A stretch of DNA of 52,567 nt, counting the filler, from Trypethelium eluteriae (Eukaryota): NCBI GenBank assembly GCA_051942245.1. It is 3 parts of 3 records of this genome, joined end to end, with 100 filler letters (N's around TTAATTAATTAA, not from the genome) between each part and the next. Parts side by side here need not be neighbours in the genome. Positions count along the whole stretch, not along the records: positions 1 to 17,478 come from JAVECL010000589.1; positions 17,579 to 35,040 come from JAVECL010000590.1; 1 more part is not named here. One strand, written 5' to 3'. Positions 12,900-26,126 of the stretch are shown one piece after another; position 1 is the stretch's first letter, and each line of letters begins with the position of its first letter. The notes under the pieces were generated by a model that worked only from the letters and a program-made list of their open reading frames with translations, had not been told where the DNA came from and ran no database searches. The position numbers were made by a program, and so were the translations under genes.

Positions 12900-13868
12900 A
12901 TGCCAAAAGTGCTTCTTTTCGGCGCCGGAGCTGTAGGCTCCGTCTACGCCTACCTCTTCAGTAAGGCTGGCGCCGCCGTCACTGCCGTCTGCCGCTCCAA
13001 CTACTCTGCTGCAAAAGCGAATGGCTTCACGATAAGATCCTCGCTATTCGGCAACGTCCAGTGCTCCCCTTCGATCGTACGCTCTGTGAACGACGCAAAT
13101 GGGCCATTCGATTACGTTATCCTTTGCAGCAAAGCCTTTCCTGGCTCGAAACCCTCGACCGCAGAAATCATTAAGCCAGCTGTAGGCCCCAAAACCGCGA
13201 TCGCGCTTCTGCAAAATGGGATCGGAATTGAGGAAGAGTATCGAGAGGCATTTCCAGAGAATCCAATCATTAGCTGTGTGGTATATTGTCCTGCAACAGA
13301 GGTCGAATCTGGTGTTATTGAGCACGGGGAAGTTGAGCGACTGGAAGTCGGTACCTTCCCTCACGATGCATCGGCGGAGCACAAGCAGGCGGCACACGAC
13401 TTTGTCGCATTGCTGAGAAGGGCCGGTGGGACAGCAGAGTTCCACGAAGACGTGCAGGTCCAGCGGTGGAGTAAGCTGCTTGTCAACGCGAGCTGGAACC
13501 CCATCTGTGCGCTCTCCCGCTCATCAGATGTGAAGTTCATGATGGCCGCTCAGTCAAATGTCTCATGGGTAAGGCTGGTCATGCTGGAGATTATGGCGGT
13601 AGCGCAGGCGTATGGGTACAGCAGCATCAACGAAGAATTGTTGGATTGGCAGCTCGGTAGGGCCAAGGCGAGAATGAACGGTCCGGGAATTGAGCCGAGT
13701 ATGTTAGCGGATGTGAAAAAGGGAAGACGGATTGAGGTTGAGGCTATAGTCGGAAATACCGTGAGGCTAGCAGAGAGAAAGGGAGTCCAAGTAACTCTGC
13801 TCGAATCTCTTTACGCGTTAGGGAAAGGATTGGATGAGAGCATCGCAAGAAGCACAGCGGGAAACTGA
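12900..13868 (+). CDS. 2-dehydropantoate 2-reductase (ApbA/PanE family)
   Basis: Rossmann motif FGAGAVGS, LLQNGIG, WSKLLVNASWNP, PSMLADV, EVEAIVG. Single 322-aa ORF. Confidence 0.92.
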   Translation: MPKVLLFGAGAVGSVYAYLFSKAGAAVTAVCRSNYSAAKANGFTIRSSLFGNVQCSPSIVRSVNDANGPFDYVILCSKAFPGSKPSTAEIIKPAVGPKTAIALLQNGIGIEEEYREAFPENPIISCVVYCPATEVESGVIEHGEVERLEVGTFPHDASAEHKQAAHDFVALLRRAGGTAEFHEDVQVQRWSKLLVNASWNPICALSRSSDVKFMMAAQSNVSWVRLVMLEIMAVAQAYGYSSINEELLDWQLGRAKARMNGPGIEPSMLADVKKGRRIEVEAIVGNTVRLAERKGVQVTLLESLYALGKGLDESIARSTAGN

Positions 13869-13979
13869 GTTACGACGTAGCTGTAATGTGACGATGCCAA
13901 ACACGATTTAGACAACTTAGATTTTTGTCATTGATTTGACAGTAGAAAACGAGTTATCGAGGCGAACCGCAGTGGAGTG

Positions 13980-15811
13980 TCACATCACAATGCATGAACG
14001 CGATTGTGACTTCTTTCTAGCTCTTACTGCAGCCTGCTTGCGTCGTACATCCGCCTCTTCTCTATCCGTTCTCTCCTTTGCGGCTAACTCCAGCTGTGCA
14101 TAGGTTGCATCCCTTTCGTTGTATATCTCACGCGCCACGTCCAATGCTTCCTTAAACTCCAGATATCCATCATTTGGTTTCGGGGGTATATCTCTTTTTC
14201 TTCCCCATCTCAAATTCACTAGAGCCTTTCTCAACGTTTTGACTCTCAGGCCCCTTTCCCCCGGCTTTTCCGCTTCGGGTGGTCCTCCCTTCTTAAACAT
14301 CACAATAGCAGGAGAGCAAATAACTTGAATGACTGGCTCATCCTCCGCATGTTCTGCGCGATACGCCTCATCTAAGTTATTATCCATGTTCTCTGTATCG
14401 CCATTCCAGATGAAGTCGACATCCCAAGACTGCATGACATCCCGCTCGAAGACGGTGTTCTTGAACATAGCTTGGAAGTGAAAAATTGTGTCCGCGGAAA
14501 GTCGAATGATCAAAGATGACATCGCGGCTGATTTGACAATCATACGGAGGTCCAGTAAGAGTTTTCTAAGCTCAGCCCTTCTCAAAGATCCTTGCTCGGA
14601 CGGTGACCGCTGTGTGGATTGTGCTTCTGCGAAGATTCCATTATCTACTGATTGACGTTCAAGGAGTTCCAGTCCGACCGTTCCTGGGTTAAGGAGCAGC
14701 AGAGGGTAGATGAGAGTGAAGAGCTGAAGGGTGATGTTGTCGACTTGGGACCAGTACCGTGGAGGGTGATGTAAAACCCCACTCCACTGCTGGCTTTTGA
14801 GGGCTTCTTTAATGTAGCGCGCGCGAATTCCAGTGCGTTCGAAGCCTGGGTGAGTTAGTAAATGACATGGGGAGTTTCAGTCTAGCTTGAGCAACCCTCA
14901 CCATCTTTTCCCGCACAGCCCGTCTCCAGCTGCTCAAGTTGTTCCTTTTGCTCTTCATCAGCACCGAAGAGAAGTTCTGCAAAGACGTGCTCTTCAAGTG
15001 CTTTTCCAATGACTCCGTACATTACTGCTTCCCTAGCATCTTTGTCTTTGAATAACTTCTCCCACCCATCGATTCCACTTGGGCCACCACTAGCATGACA
15101 GGTAATGTAATATTTCAGCTCTGTGGGTGTATTTCGCTCGAGAAACTCCAGAGGCCTCTCATCAACATATGGTCTCCAATTGAGTGTTGTCAATTCACGG
15201 AAGTCGTACCAACTCAAGATGAAAGATTTGATAAGATCGTGCAGCTCATTGAAATGCTGAGACATAGCCTCTGGTTTAGGATCTATGTGGAGAAAGCGAA
15301 CAATCCCCGATTGGTCTTTAACCGCCAAGATCTGTCTGTTTCTTGCGTCCTCCATCGGATCCCACTTCGATGTGACTATCTTGCGGGTTCTTCCTCGCGC
15401 TTCATGATTTGAGCCTGGTTCTGGTTGCTCCTGCTGGGCAGACTCGATCTCAATGACTTTCTTTCCGCGCCTGGGCTCTTTAACTGAATACTTGATTATG
15501 CTTTCTCGTCGAACATTTGATGGGACTGTGTCGATTTTGCGCTTTCCCAGGTCCTCTGACGTTCCGAAATCTTCTTCGTCTTCAGCTTCACTGTCAGTGT
15601 CTCCCTCACTTTTGTCTTCCGATTCATCATTTTCTGTCGTAAATCTCACTTTTTTCAACGAGACAGAGTTGTTGTCACTGAACTCATCTGCCGATAGGGG
15701 GCGTTTCAGGCGAATTGACCCTCCGCTGCTCTTCTTTTCAGTACGCTCGATAATTTCCGGACCACGCTTGAGCAACGATAAGGGAACTTCAATCGACTTC
15801 ATTGTTCTCAT
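13980..15811 (-). CDS. Hypothetical protein with polybasic C-terminus and CaaX motif
   Basis: One intron (14846-14901, GTGAGG..CTAAC..CAG) joins the 309-aa and 201-aa ORFs in frame. The protein ends RARKKSQSRSCIVM*. Confidence 0.75.
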
Positions 15812-17091
15812 TGCAGAGACAAAAATGGAGACACGAGCGTGCTTATCAGAGATGCGACGAGATTTTAATCTGTCATCGATCGGTCAAGAACGATTGCCTG
15901 GCAAACACACGCCGAAGAAGGGACTGCAGTAAAGCGCCAAACTCACGTAGCCCACATAAAGGATAAGAACCTTGCGAGTTTGTCAAATCATAGCTGCATG
16001 CAGAAAATGGCTTTGAAGAACAAAGGGGTAAAGGAATGCGCTGTTTCTGGACCAATGCCGCTTTACGTATGGATCGCATTCCAACCAGCTAGTACACCTA
16101 GATTCGTAAATTCAATTGCGTACGTGAGTAATTGAGTGTTTCAAACATCCTTAGTGAGGGTTTCGACGCCTCCAGATGTTGAAACTATGAAAGGTCCTAA
16201 TACCATCTTCTGCGCTCTTGCATCAAATAAAGTACCTTTCACACGGTGAAGGGGGGCCATTGCCACCTGAGTCAAGGCTGAGACGTAATGCAACAAAAGT
16301 AGTAGGGACCTAATAACGTCTCATTGAAAAATGTCGCGGGTTGATATTCTGCCGTTAGAGCAGCCTAGAATTTCTCAGTTAAGTATTCGCCTTTAGGATA
16401 TTCCTGTTCACGCTTCTAGGAGGCTGTGATCAACTCCGAATTGTTATGATAAAGATTCCAGATGCTATCGATGGGTCGATGTCCGAGAGCCTAGATCCAC
16501 AGCCATGCGTACATGCGATTAATCCAAAAGATGAAGTGCTAGATCATCAGTAGACTCGAGATCCCCAAGTACCTCCGTAAATCAAGGAGCTACAAGATGT
16601 TGTAGATCCTAGCTACTGTGATGCTCCGTTCAGCGACGGTCGGAGGAGGCGTCACAGAAAAAAAATCACGAAGCTTTGGGAGTGATCATCGCAGGTCTCA
16701 ATGACGGTATTTCCGGGTATATATCCTCTGACAATCTCGTGTGCTTCTTTCTGAGCCGCTGTGCTAGTCTGCTATTGAGTCTGCTGGATCTTGTCAGACT
16801 GCACCATATTCTGTTGACAGGCTCGAGAAACTGTGCTCTCGAGCGAATTCAGTTCCAGATATGTGGAAGTCACATTCTCCTTATGATTCACTGTCTTCAG
16901 GCTTTCCTGGGACTATGTAGCTTCCAATGCTACAGCTTCATCACATACCAAGTTACACCTCTCAGAGCGCCGAACCGACAACGATCCTTCGTCGTGTTAA
17001 TCAGAATCTGGCCCAGATTATGCATCCAATTTCAACGTAAGAGCTTTCCTCTTGAAAATCATGTCGCCCAGAACCCACAGACGGAATTCGC

Positions 17092-17478
17092 TCACCCCCA
17101 ATTACGATCGCCCACTGTCCTCTTTTCCCCCCTCTCCCTGCCGTCCGCCCTCTTATCCTTCCCCTTCTTCCTCATGCCCTCCTCCCACAACTCCCTCAGG
17201 CTCATCTGGCTCCCCATCTCCTGCGCTCTGAACCGGATCTCTTTCGACGTCGTCTCCCGCCTCTTCGTATGCACATCGCTCATCCCCGGCAACGGAACCT
17301 TACTCTTCAGATCCTGATACCCGACCGAGCCCGTGTGGACCTCGAAGCCGCCATACCTTTCCTGCCGCGAGATGATCGTGGAATGGTTCATGAGCGAGAT
17401 GTCCGCCGTCAGGTGGAAGCGCTTGGCGGGTCGCGGAGGGCGCGGCCAGGGGCTGAAGGGAAAGGAGGAGGTGGGTGG
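17092..17478 (-). CDS. 3' part of a hypothetical gene cut by the contig join
   Basis: GC-rich open frame from the gap edge: PWPRPPRPAKRFHLTADISLMNHSTIISRQERYGGF...LRELWEEG...NWG*. Confidence 0.55.
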   Translation of the reverse strand, partial: PPTSSFPFSPWPRPPRPAKRFHLTADISLMNHSTIISRQERYGGFEVHTGSVGYQDLKSKVPLPGMSDVHTKRRETTSKEIRFRAQEMGSQMSLRELWEEGMRKKGKDKRADGRERGEKRTVGDRNWG

Positions 17479-17578
17479 NNNNNNNNNNNNNNNNNNNNNN
17501 NNNNNNNNNNNNNNNNNNNNNNTTAATTAATTAANNNNNNNNNNNNNNNNNNNNNNNNNNNNNNNNNNNNNNNNNNNN
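17479..17578. other. Artificial assembly linker
   Basis: 44 N + TTAATTAATTAA (stops in all six frames) + 44 N; identical to 35041-35140. Confidence 0.97.
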
Positions 17579-20526
17579 GGGTTTGTCCGCGGGAGGAGAG
17601 GGAGAGGGAGGATTGATTCTTCTTGAGGTCGGGTCGGAAACTTGACGGCGATTCGGAGCGCGAGATGGCGCTGTTCTCGTTGGACGGATTGTGTGAGCCA
17701 AGGGGTAGACTATCTTGCGAGTTGGGAGTCATCGTTCGTTCGAGCTCTGGTCGTGGAATTCTCAAAGCACTGTCGTCGAACTTCTCGGTCCCAAGGGCAG
17801 CCGCAGCAGTTTTTGGAGCTTGTAGAGAGTCGCTCCTTGGTGTCAGTATTGGGCCGTCGGGTATTCTGGATGTTTGTAGTCTCGCGGATTGAGGACCATT
17901 ACTTGCTGGTTTTGTCTCGATCTTTAGTTGCTTCGGTGTCTGGCCAGAGAATCTTCTGTTCAACACACTACCAGAACCACTCGTCGGTTGGGAGAATGCG
18001 CTACCCTTATTTGAGTTTGACGTATTGTTCGACCCCGAGACAGCAGACAGATCCACCGGTGGCGGAGGCATTGGTGGTGGCTTCGAGTGTATCTGCTGAG
18101 ACGTCCTTCTTGACTCTGGACCTTCAGCTACTGTGGACAGCGATGACCCGGTGGTCGCTCTTCCAGAACTGTCCCAGGTACTTCGGGTGTATCCGCTCGA
18201 ATCCGACTCTCTTGGTAATGCTGACTTATTTTGAAGACCAAAATCAAAGCCGTCGTCCAGATATTCCCTAGTCATCTCTTCCAGCATCCGCTCTTCATCA
18301 TCTGCATCTTGATTCCCGTATGGTATTGTCACACTTTCTCTCACATATGGTATACTGTTTTCCTCTAGCACTCGTTTCCGTTCCCGTTCTTTGGCGGCTT
18401 GAATGACCTCCTCTCTCTTTGCTTCCCGTACTCTCTCCCTTGCTAGTTCGACATTCCGCATTGCTTGGGTGATAAAATCTGTGCCCACCGGCTTCTGCAC
18501 CTCATCTTCATAGGGCTCAAATCCGTCATCGTAAGCCGCCTCCACAGCAGCATCGAAGGCGGCATCAAATTCAGCCTGCGACTGGCCACTGGTATTCCGC
18601 AAATGCTTTCTCTTGATTCCTAATCTCGGGTCTACCGAGTGTACCGAAGATGCGCAAGACGAGTCCGACTCATCAATGGTATCTAACCAGCTCATCGATT
18701 CGGGTTGATTCTCTTCCTGAGGCTGTTCTTGCGTCGACTGGCGAGGCAGTTTCATTTCGACCGGACTTGCCGGGAGCTCCACTGGAGCTGTTCGGGGTTG
18801 CGCTGACCGTGGCGAGCGAGGAGACAATGGTTGAGGCATCAACGTTCTGTCTCCAGGCGCAAGCATGGATTCTTTGACCTCCAGAACCTGAGTCTTGATG
18901 GGCGACCTTGAGGTTCCCCAGCTTGAGTCGAGGAATGTTGATTTCGGCACCGATTTGGGAAGCGTTGACTCTACATCTTTTATTGCGCTGGATATCACCG
19001 ACTCCCGCATTCGCGGTGATTGCGGACGCCTTGGGTTTCGTGATTGCGGGGTGGAGTCGGCAGATGGATCATTTACTATTCGTGTCACGGTTGCCGTCCC
19101 AATGATCGCGGGTTCGTCTACTACTGAACCTATCGAAAGAGTCTTTCTTGAATGACCACTCAAGGATTCATCACTCATCGGCCTCTGTGGTAGCGTCTTC
19201 CCGCTCGCCTGTTGATACTCTGGCTCCAGTGTGTGCAGTTCGTCTATGCGGTTGAGGTATGTTTGCCTCTGGAATGTCAACGTCAGCATTCCCATCCTTG
19301 ACCAAGCTTGTTGCGAATTCCATAGTTGGTCTTGAACTTACGATTGCCTCCAACTTCCTTTTGTCTTCTTCTCCAGAACTCCTCTCCATCACACTCTGCA
19401 ATAATCTGCATGCATCCCTGTACGCCTCGATCGCGCCTTCGAAATTCTGCGCATTGTCCAACACTACTGCCGTATTTGCTTTCTCGAGCGCCTTTGATAA
19501 CATTGCTTTCTTGTCCTTGTCAGCGCGTTTGTCGCGTCGGTCGCTAGCTCGCGACTGGGTATCCCTATCAAAGTTGCTGGCGTTGCGATCATCGAAGCGG
19601 GAGGCGTCGCTGGTACTGCGATCACGCCGTCGAGGTGTTGCCGACTCGTCACGCGTAGGCTTACGTTTCCCGGTAGGGGTCCTGGCACGATCTCTGGTGT
19701 CTGGGATTGTGGTAGAGAGGATGGGACCTGTAGAGTTCGTCATTCGCCGAGGAGACTTGACCTGCTCCTTTTCGGGGGCTGTCTGGGTGCGTGGTTGTAG
19801 CGGAGGGCGCTTTTTGCTGTCTGGGGATAAGCTTCCTTTGCCCTCGCTTGGAAAGGGATTAAGAGGTCTTGTTGTGGGTGTGAAGGGGGCAGTTGTAGAT
19901 GGCGTGCGAGATGTGGAAGCCGAAGGGGCGTTTGCGTCGGCAACAGCCTGTGAGAGAGAGGGAAGTGTGATGATCGGCGGCAAAGCATTCAGTGGTAAGG
20001 AGGGCACAGCCGGTGTGGGAGAAGCAGGCAGTCGTTTTCGAGGACTTGGGGGAGATCGATTGCGTTTCTGGAGGACTCGACGCGGGGAAGGAGGTAAGGA
20101 ATTTGGGTTGTTTTGAGCATTGTTCAGGGCCTGCCCATTCGCGCTCCCGCTCAATCTTTTGGACAAACTGCTCAACCTTTTGTGACCAGTGGAGGAGAGA
20201 CTGGAGGCGGTGGATTGCGACCACCGGTTGAGGTTCCCCAGACCTTCTCGCACAGGTGCAGAATTATCCTGTGTGACGTGCGCAACGCTCGAACGGCGCT
20301 TCGAGGCAGTTGAGCGGCTTGTGTTACCCGCAGTCCCGTCGACGGTGGTACTGCTTGCGCCGTAGGGCGCTGTCGTTGGGCGCGATGCTGTCCCCGCCGA
20401 ATTGAGCGAAGAGGTACGCTTGACGGTAGTAGCCGCAGAAGAGGACGAGATAGAGTTTGAGCGCGAATGAGGCCTCTTGATGGAGCGAGAAGCGTGGTTG
20501 GAGGAGCCGGCAGTAGAATGGAACAT
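17579..20526 (-). CDS. Large Ser/Pro-rich MIT-domain protein, 3' end truncated by the gap
   Basis: KAMLSKALEKANTAVVLDNAQNFEGAIEAYRDACRLL...KLEAI|RQTYLNRIDEL (MIT three-helix pattern, with an intron from about 19341 to 19269). Also NLNRWSQST and FDAAFDAAVEAAYDDG blocks. Confidence 0.85.
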
Positions 20527-22456
20527 TAGGGCGGCCGGAGGGGTGATCAGTGGTGCCTTTTCGTGCAGGAGATCTTAGACCGCCGTTTGGATGGATTCGC
20601 ACGCCCTCACCACACTGAACATGCCGTCTGTCGGTGAGAGGGGACAAGGAGGAGGGTCAGAGGGGCTCCAGGAACGGGCGTATGGAGCGATGCAAGGCCG
20701 GTAGGGAAATGCTCCGTCAATGCAAGAGAAACAGCGTTTCGAGTCAGGGTCGACGATAGTATTACGGATGGGATGATGGGGTTGGAAGCAAAGAGCCGGG
20801 GTGCAGCTGGTCGGCCGGCTCCTTTGGTTGCGCCACTGGCTTCCCCTACCCGAGATGCTGCAGTGCGACAGAAGACAGCTCAGCCCGTATATAATCGTCG
20901 CTCCCGTCCAGTTGAATCTCGTCGAGGCCAACTAAAGCGACGAAAAGAGTCGGAGGTCGGGTGTGCGCGATTATCAGTCGGCCAGCCTCGGGATCGTAAG
21001 GAGTCTCGGGCCCTGAAACATCCAGCAACGCGTCTTGCTCGATTGCCTAGCCGAGATGCTGACGATGTTTCTGGAGGCCTCTTCGTCCCTCGAACGATGA
21101 GGGGCTTTGTTGAAATGCTCTCTTCAGGCGCGCCGTCTAGCTTGAAGTGGAGTATTCCTGACAGAAACTCACGGTGATGATGGATGCGAGAGCAGAGACG
21201 AGGACGAAGGATGCTACAGTTTGAGAGCAGCCAGGTAGCAAGTTATGGGACGCACCAGAGGCAGACCGATGCGACCATTAGGAGAATAGGAGGAGAGCGA
21301 ACTAGCTAAAGGAGTCGCACACCCGTCTGAGAGGAGCCAGGTCAGCAGCGTCCGCGACGATCCACGAAGAAAACTCTAAAAGCTGGTGCCTCAAGATTAG
21401 CAGGTTAGGGGAAATTCAGATGTGCATGCGGTATATCTTTCTTATCAACCTATCTCATTTTTCCAAACGTTTTTGTGCATTGTTGGCTTTTACTAAGGAT
21501 GATACCATCGGCATCGCTCCCACTTGCCTGCCGCCGCCGCCACCATAGCGTGTCTAACACAAAAGCCACACGCATGGCCCCCAATTGCCCCAGCCCAATA
21601 TAGTGGTGCCTCAGGTACACAGCCTCTGCTGTATGGTACCCTAATAATGATGTACTCAGGCAGTCAGGTACCTTACTTCATGCATCCCGTAGGTGCATGA
21701 AGGGCATCCACCTCAGCTACCAACACCTCCAAGAGAACTCGTATGACCACCATACTGTATATTTGGTTCCAACTGCAGTCACTTTTCATGTAGACAACTG
21801 TGCTGACTCCCTCCTACTATGTGACTCCTTTTATGGAATCCAGAAGCAAACCATAACTCACAATCAAAACTCACGATCAATTAGTGTCCCTTCAAAATCC
21901 CTTACACCCTCTACCCTGCTAGCCACGCTAGCGTCCATCAGCTTCCGCTTCTAGCGCGCCTGTCTATGATTGCTTCACCGTAGATCCCTGCCCACTAGAC
22001 AGCCACTTCTCTTCTTTTTTTTCTTCAGGTCGGCCGAAATCTGGGCTCGACATCACTACATAGTGATCACGGCTATGCTTACGCTTATCCAGGATCCAGG
22101 GTTCAAGGACGAATCTTCCCCGCCAGAGCATGGGATTACTCGCATGAAACGTTTCCGATCTGGGTGGCGAAATCCGGAGATCTCGCTTTTAAGTATACTT
22201 GACTTGGCACCTTTTTTTGGGGGGGACTTTTGCGCGCAATTATAATCTATACATTGTCAGCCCTTAAAAGAGGCTAACCGAGAAGTTATTCCTAGACATG
22301 CTATGCTGCTATGCTTGGTGAGGTACATTTGCAGACGCCTTCCCTCCTGTAGTGTTCCTGACGCCACTAATGCCGAGATCTCCATGCTGGCAAGATATCC
22401 GCCTACCCAGGTACGCCGCCATGTAGCTTTCCCGTTTCCCATGACTTTGCAAGACT

Positions 22457-24108
22457 TCATCTCAAATCTCCCATCATATCTTCGTCCTCTCCTGGTCCAG
22501 CCCAGTCGAGATCCATAGCACCGCCATCTCTAGCCTGCTCTTTTCGGTCCCTCCTCGTCTTCGCATATTCTAGATAATCTTTGTTCAGGCTTAGCCGTCG
22601 ATTGCCATCCTTGAGTTGATGCGCTAGCTCGAGGATGCGTTGTTTCTGTTCAACTAGCGCTGCATGTAATTGCTGTTCAGACTGCGCAAGAGGTCCCGAA
22701 GATCGGTCAGAGTAGAAGCGAAGGATTTGGGATGAAGTGTCCGAAGTCGCGCTGTTGCGTTCAAGGCTTGCATTTAACTGGCCAGATGTCGCAAGAAATC
22801 CCAGATATTGCGCAGTAACCGCTGGAGTCTCCCCAAGGTGCTGCGCAATATCTAACATCGGAAGAGCGACGTAGGTCTTGCTAAGGTTGATGACCTGGGA
22901 CTCAGTAAAGTGACGGATAACCTGGCGAACAAGACCGATGTTGCCGTCGTCTTGCCAGAGACCTTGACCAGCATCCGCTTCAGCTTGTAGTCTAAGTAAA
23001 TTTCCTGATTTGTAGATATCGGCAAATGCTTCGTATGCCTTCGAAGTGGGCTTGATTTTTCTCAACGCTTCCTGATTGACACCTCTTGGAAACGATGGAG
23101 ACTAAGAAATGTCAATGTTCAGAAAAACAGAGAAATAATCATTAGAGAAGTCGCACCTTTCCTTCTATAAGCAAGGCAACGAGTAACCACTTCCTGTACG
23201 CCTCAAGCATGAGACCTGTTGCCGTATTTTGCGTGGGTGCCACAAGGACATGTTCTAGAAACGTTAGTGCCTTTCGCCATTGCCGTAGGCCGATATATGT
23301 TATCGCGCCCAAGAGACAGTATTCCTGTACGTCCTCGGCGGAGACAGCTGAGGATAGACCAGAGTTCAATGTGATGTAAGCGCTGCTCACTTGATGATCT
23401 GCACAAAGTGGCTGCTCTTCTATGCCTTTGATTGCTTGTGACGGAAAGCCGACTATGGGTTTGTCAAGAATTGGTAGGGCTTCTTCCAAAGTGCGTGCCT
23501 CTAGACACAACTGGACGTATAGAAGGTGGGTAGACGTGAAGGTGGCACCAGATGGATCCATCCGTAGCATACCTGCGCACATGAGCTGTACGGGCACCCT
23601 AGGCTATTCAACAAACCGTCAGTATTGGTATTGGAGAAACGACATTTTCGTTGCGCGTGCTTACAGAATTGTACACCCTCGCCAGTCTTTCAAGATGTTC
23701 GAGCAGTCTGCGGAACTCATTGCCGACATATCGTATTTGAATGGGATCAAAAGACGTGCAGAATATTGAAAGTCTTGTCCAGAGGTCATCTGGTAGGGGC
23801 TTCGGTTTTGAGGAGGCAATAGACTGTAGTTCTGAAACTATGGTATAGAGATAGGCAATACTATTTCTTATCGGGTCGAGCAGCTGAAAAAAAATGCGTT
23901 AATTTCGTGAGCAGTTAGTCGAAGTAAAGTTTCCACTTACATCTATCAATTCTTGGCCGTCAACGGCCTTCACAAAACTGCTGGCCGAGATCTTATCCAA
24001 TTGCTTCACGTATTCGCGAACATCTCGGTCATAGATGACCTTGCTTGGAGGCGCGACAGTATAATGATCCGGAGGAAATGATAGCAGAGTCGCCACTAGA
24101 TTCGCCAT
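22457..24108 (-). CDS. csn3: COP9 signalosome subunit 3 (PCI domain), multi-exon
   Basis: DPSGATFTSTHLLYVQLCLEAR, MLEAYRKWLLVALL, DDGNIGLVRQV...LSKTYVAL; the acidic tail DEDMMGDL is typical of fungal CSN3. Confidence 0.85.
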
Positions 24109-26126
24109 GTTGGCCTGCAGCTAAGCGCACAATCTCAGGCCAAAGAGAGCGTCTGGAAATATTTGAAGCAGAGCTGTAGATCAGTGCTTAGGCGGCAAAG
24201 GTGAAGCTCGGACATAGATGTAGTGACGGAGTTATGCAAGGATGCGTGTGCACGGCTACGCCCGCGACTACAACTTAACCATCACCGTCTCATCTCCATT
24301 TCTTCACACAAAATATATTACCACCACATCCTGTTCGTTTTTCCTGGAAAATCCGTGACCAATGACCTAGTCAGCTTGTATTTGTGTACGATGAGCGTCA
24401 GCAGTATTCACAGCACGGTTCACAAGATACCTGAGTGATCTTCACTGAAGCATCGAAGGGAGCATCATCCGCACTTTGTACAACAATGTAAGGTCAGACC
24501 CAGGTACTGCCTTCGATGAGCCAGATCCAGAGTGTGTCAGCTTGATTCCTAATATTCCGCCTGGAATCAAAGGCAAGCATCATGCTAGTGCGCTACAGAC
24601 GTCAAGTCTGCGAGCTTTTGCCAGAATTACTATCTCTTCGATCAAGGAATCGATTGTTCTTTTGAGATTCATATCACGTGAGAATTCTCTGTTGTTCAAA
24701 ATAGATTTAGCTCTCTGCGATTGCTGCTATTGCCTTCGCCCCTACTATGACCAGCTCAGCACTGCATTTAATGAGGGGTGGCGCGATGCTGCCAGTACCA
24801 AAGCTAATGAAAGAGCAATGGGCTACTTTGTCGCCTGAATCATTACTCGTATCCTATTGCACGGGGAAAAGATATGCTTCCGAGTCTTCTGCAGGTGGAC
24901 AGCAAGCGACGCTTACGGCAGCGCTATTTGTTGACGCAGAGGGTATGCCTGTTCTGAATTTGCATGGGAGACCGAGAGTCAGCAGCGCCAATATCATAGC
25001 CAATCCAGATACGCATGCTGGTCCCGTAAAATGTCGGCTCATAGGATTACAGCGCAGCGGAGTTCACGTTTGACAGAGTTTACGCCCTTACCAGCGATGA
25101 TTCAATGGATGATAAATGCATTCAGCGCTCAGGTTTCTTAGAAATATAGTATAGGCTTCTATTTTCCCTAGAGGTGAAAAGGCGCAACCCAGAACATTTA
25201 GATACCACAATTGCAGCAGCCGCACTTTCGTTTGTCACTGCCAACTTCATGAAGAGGAAGAAGAAACCGGCCTCTTGGATAGCCACTCGATATGTGAATT
25301 CGCTCGGTGGAAGGTCTGGCTGCTTCTCCCCTTCTGAAGTAGCATGTTTTATAGACAGATCAAAGAATGACGCGCTACACTTCATATCACACACGTCAGT
25401 ACCGCGCCGATAGAGCAGAGCTCTTCTACGGAGCGAGAGAAATGGACTACTTCAATGTCGTTGGAAATAGTAGAGTTTGAGAAGCCAGAGCATCGTCGTT
25501 CGTCGACCAGCACTTAGAACTCACAGAGTACGAATCAAGAATAGCGCTATCACTGTGAGCGGAACGGGAAAAAATGGCTGAAGGGCGCAAAAGACCTACC
25601 AACACGGCAACTGGAATACGCATCACTCAAAGGACTGGGCGCCGTGAGGCGATGAGAGAGGCTCGGAGGGGAAGGAGAATGAATTCGCGCGACCCGGCCA
25701 AAATCCCCGGCGCTAATAGTCCAAAGGTGGTCATTATCAGCTAGGATTCAAGGTGCGTGGGAACGCAGCACCGAAGTATCCACCCCACGCTTATCTCATT
25801 GTAGAAGCTCAACACCAGACTAAACAAGAATGGCATCTACCGACCATGCTTATCGTCGAAGGGCATGCCACATCCTGCCGTCACAACGACACGACTTGCA
25901 GAAGCGCGCGAAGATTGAGTGCTGTACCGGAACCCCTAGACATCACGCTGTCTATAAGATGGAGAAAGGAACCGGCGAAGATGAATGCGACCTTGGAGCA
26001 GCAGTATCTCTGCAATTCTTGTGTCGAGAGAGAGGAGCTCATACCTCCAGCAGTTCCCTTCGTGCGACGGATCCCTTCAGAGTTGCTGCTTTTGGTTGAC
26101 CCAGCGGCCTGTCGAACATTATCAAG

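Noticed and set aside
17523..17534. TTAATTAATTAA palindrome (also at 35085-35096)
   Set aside because: Embedded in symmetric N runs; it is an assembly spacer, not biology.
19259..20116. 285-aa plus-strand ORF and similar antisense ORFs (11175-11534, 15453-15932, 17642-18271)
   Set aside because: Shadows opposite well-supported genes, with no domain features.
21970..22245. T-run-flanked segment considered as an snRNA or Pol III RNA
   Set aside because: No convincing match to U1/U2/U4/U5/U6, tRNA or 5S hallmarks by eye; an Infernal scan would be needed.
24476..25413. Several short overlapping ORFs between CSN3 and the sedolisin
   Set aside because: No consistent splice model or motif; at most a decayed gene.
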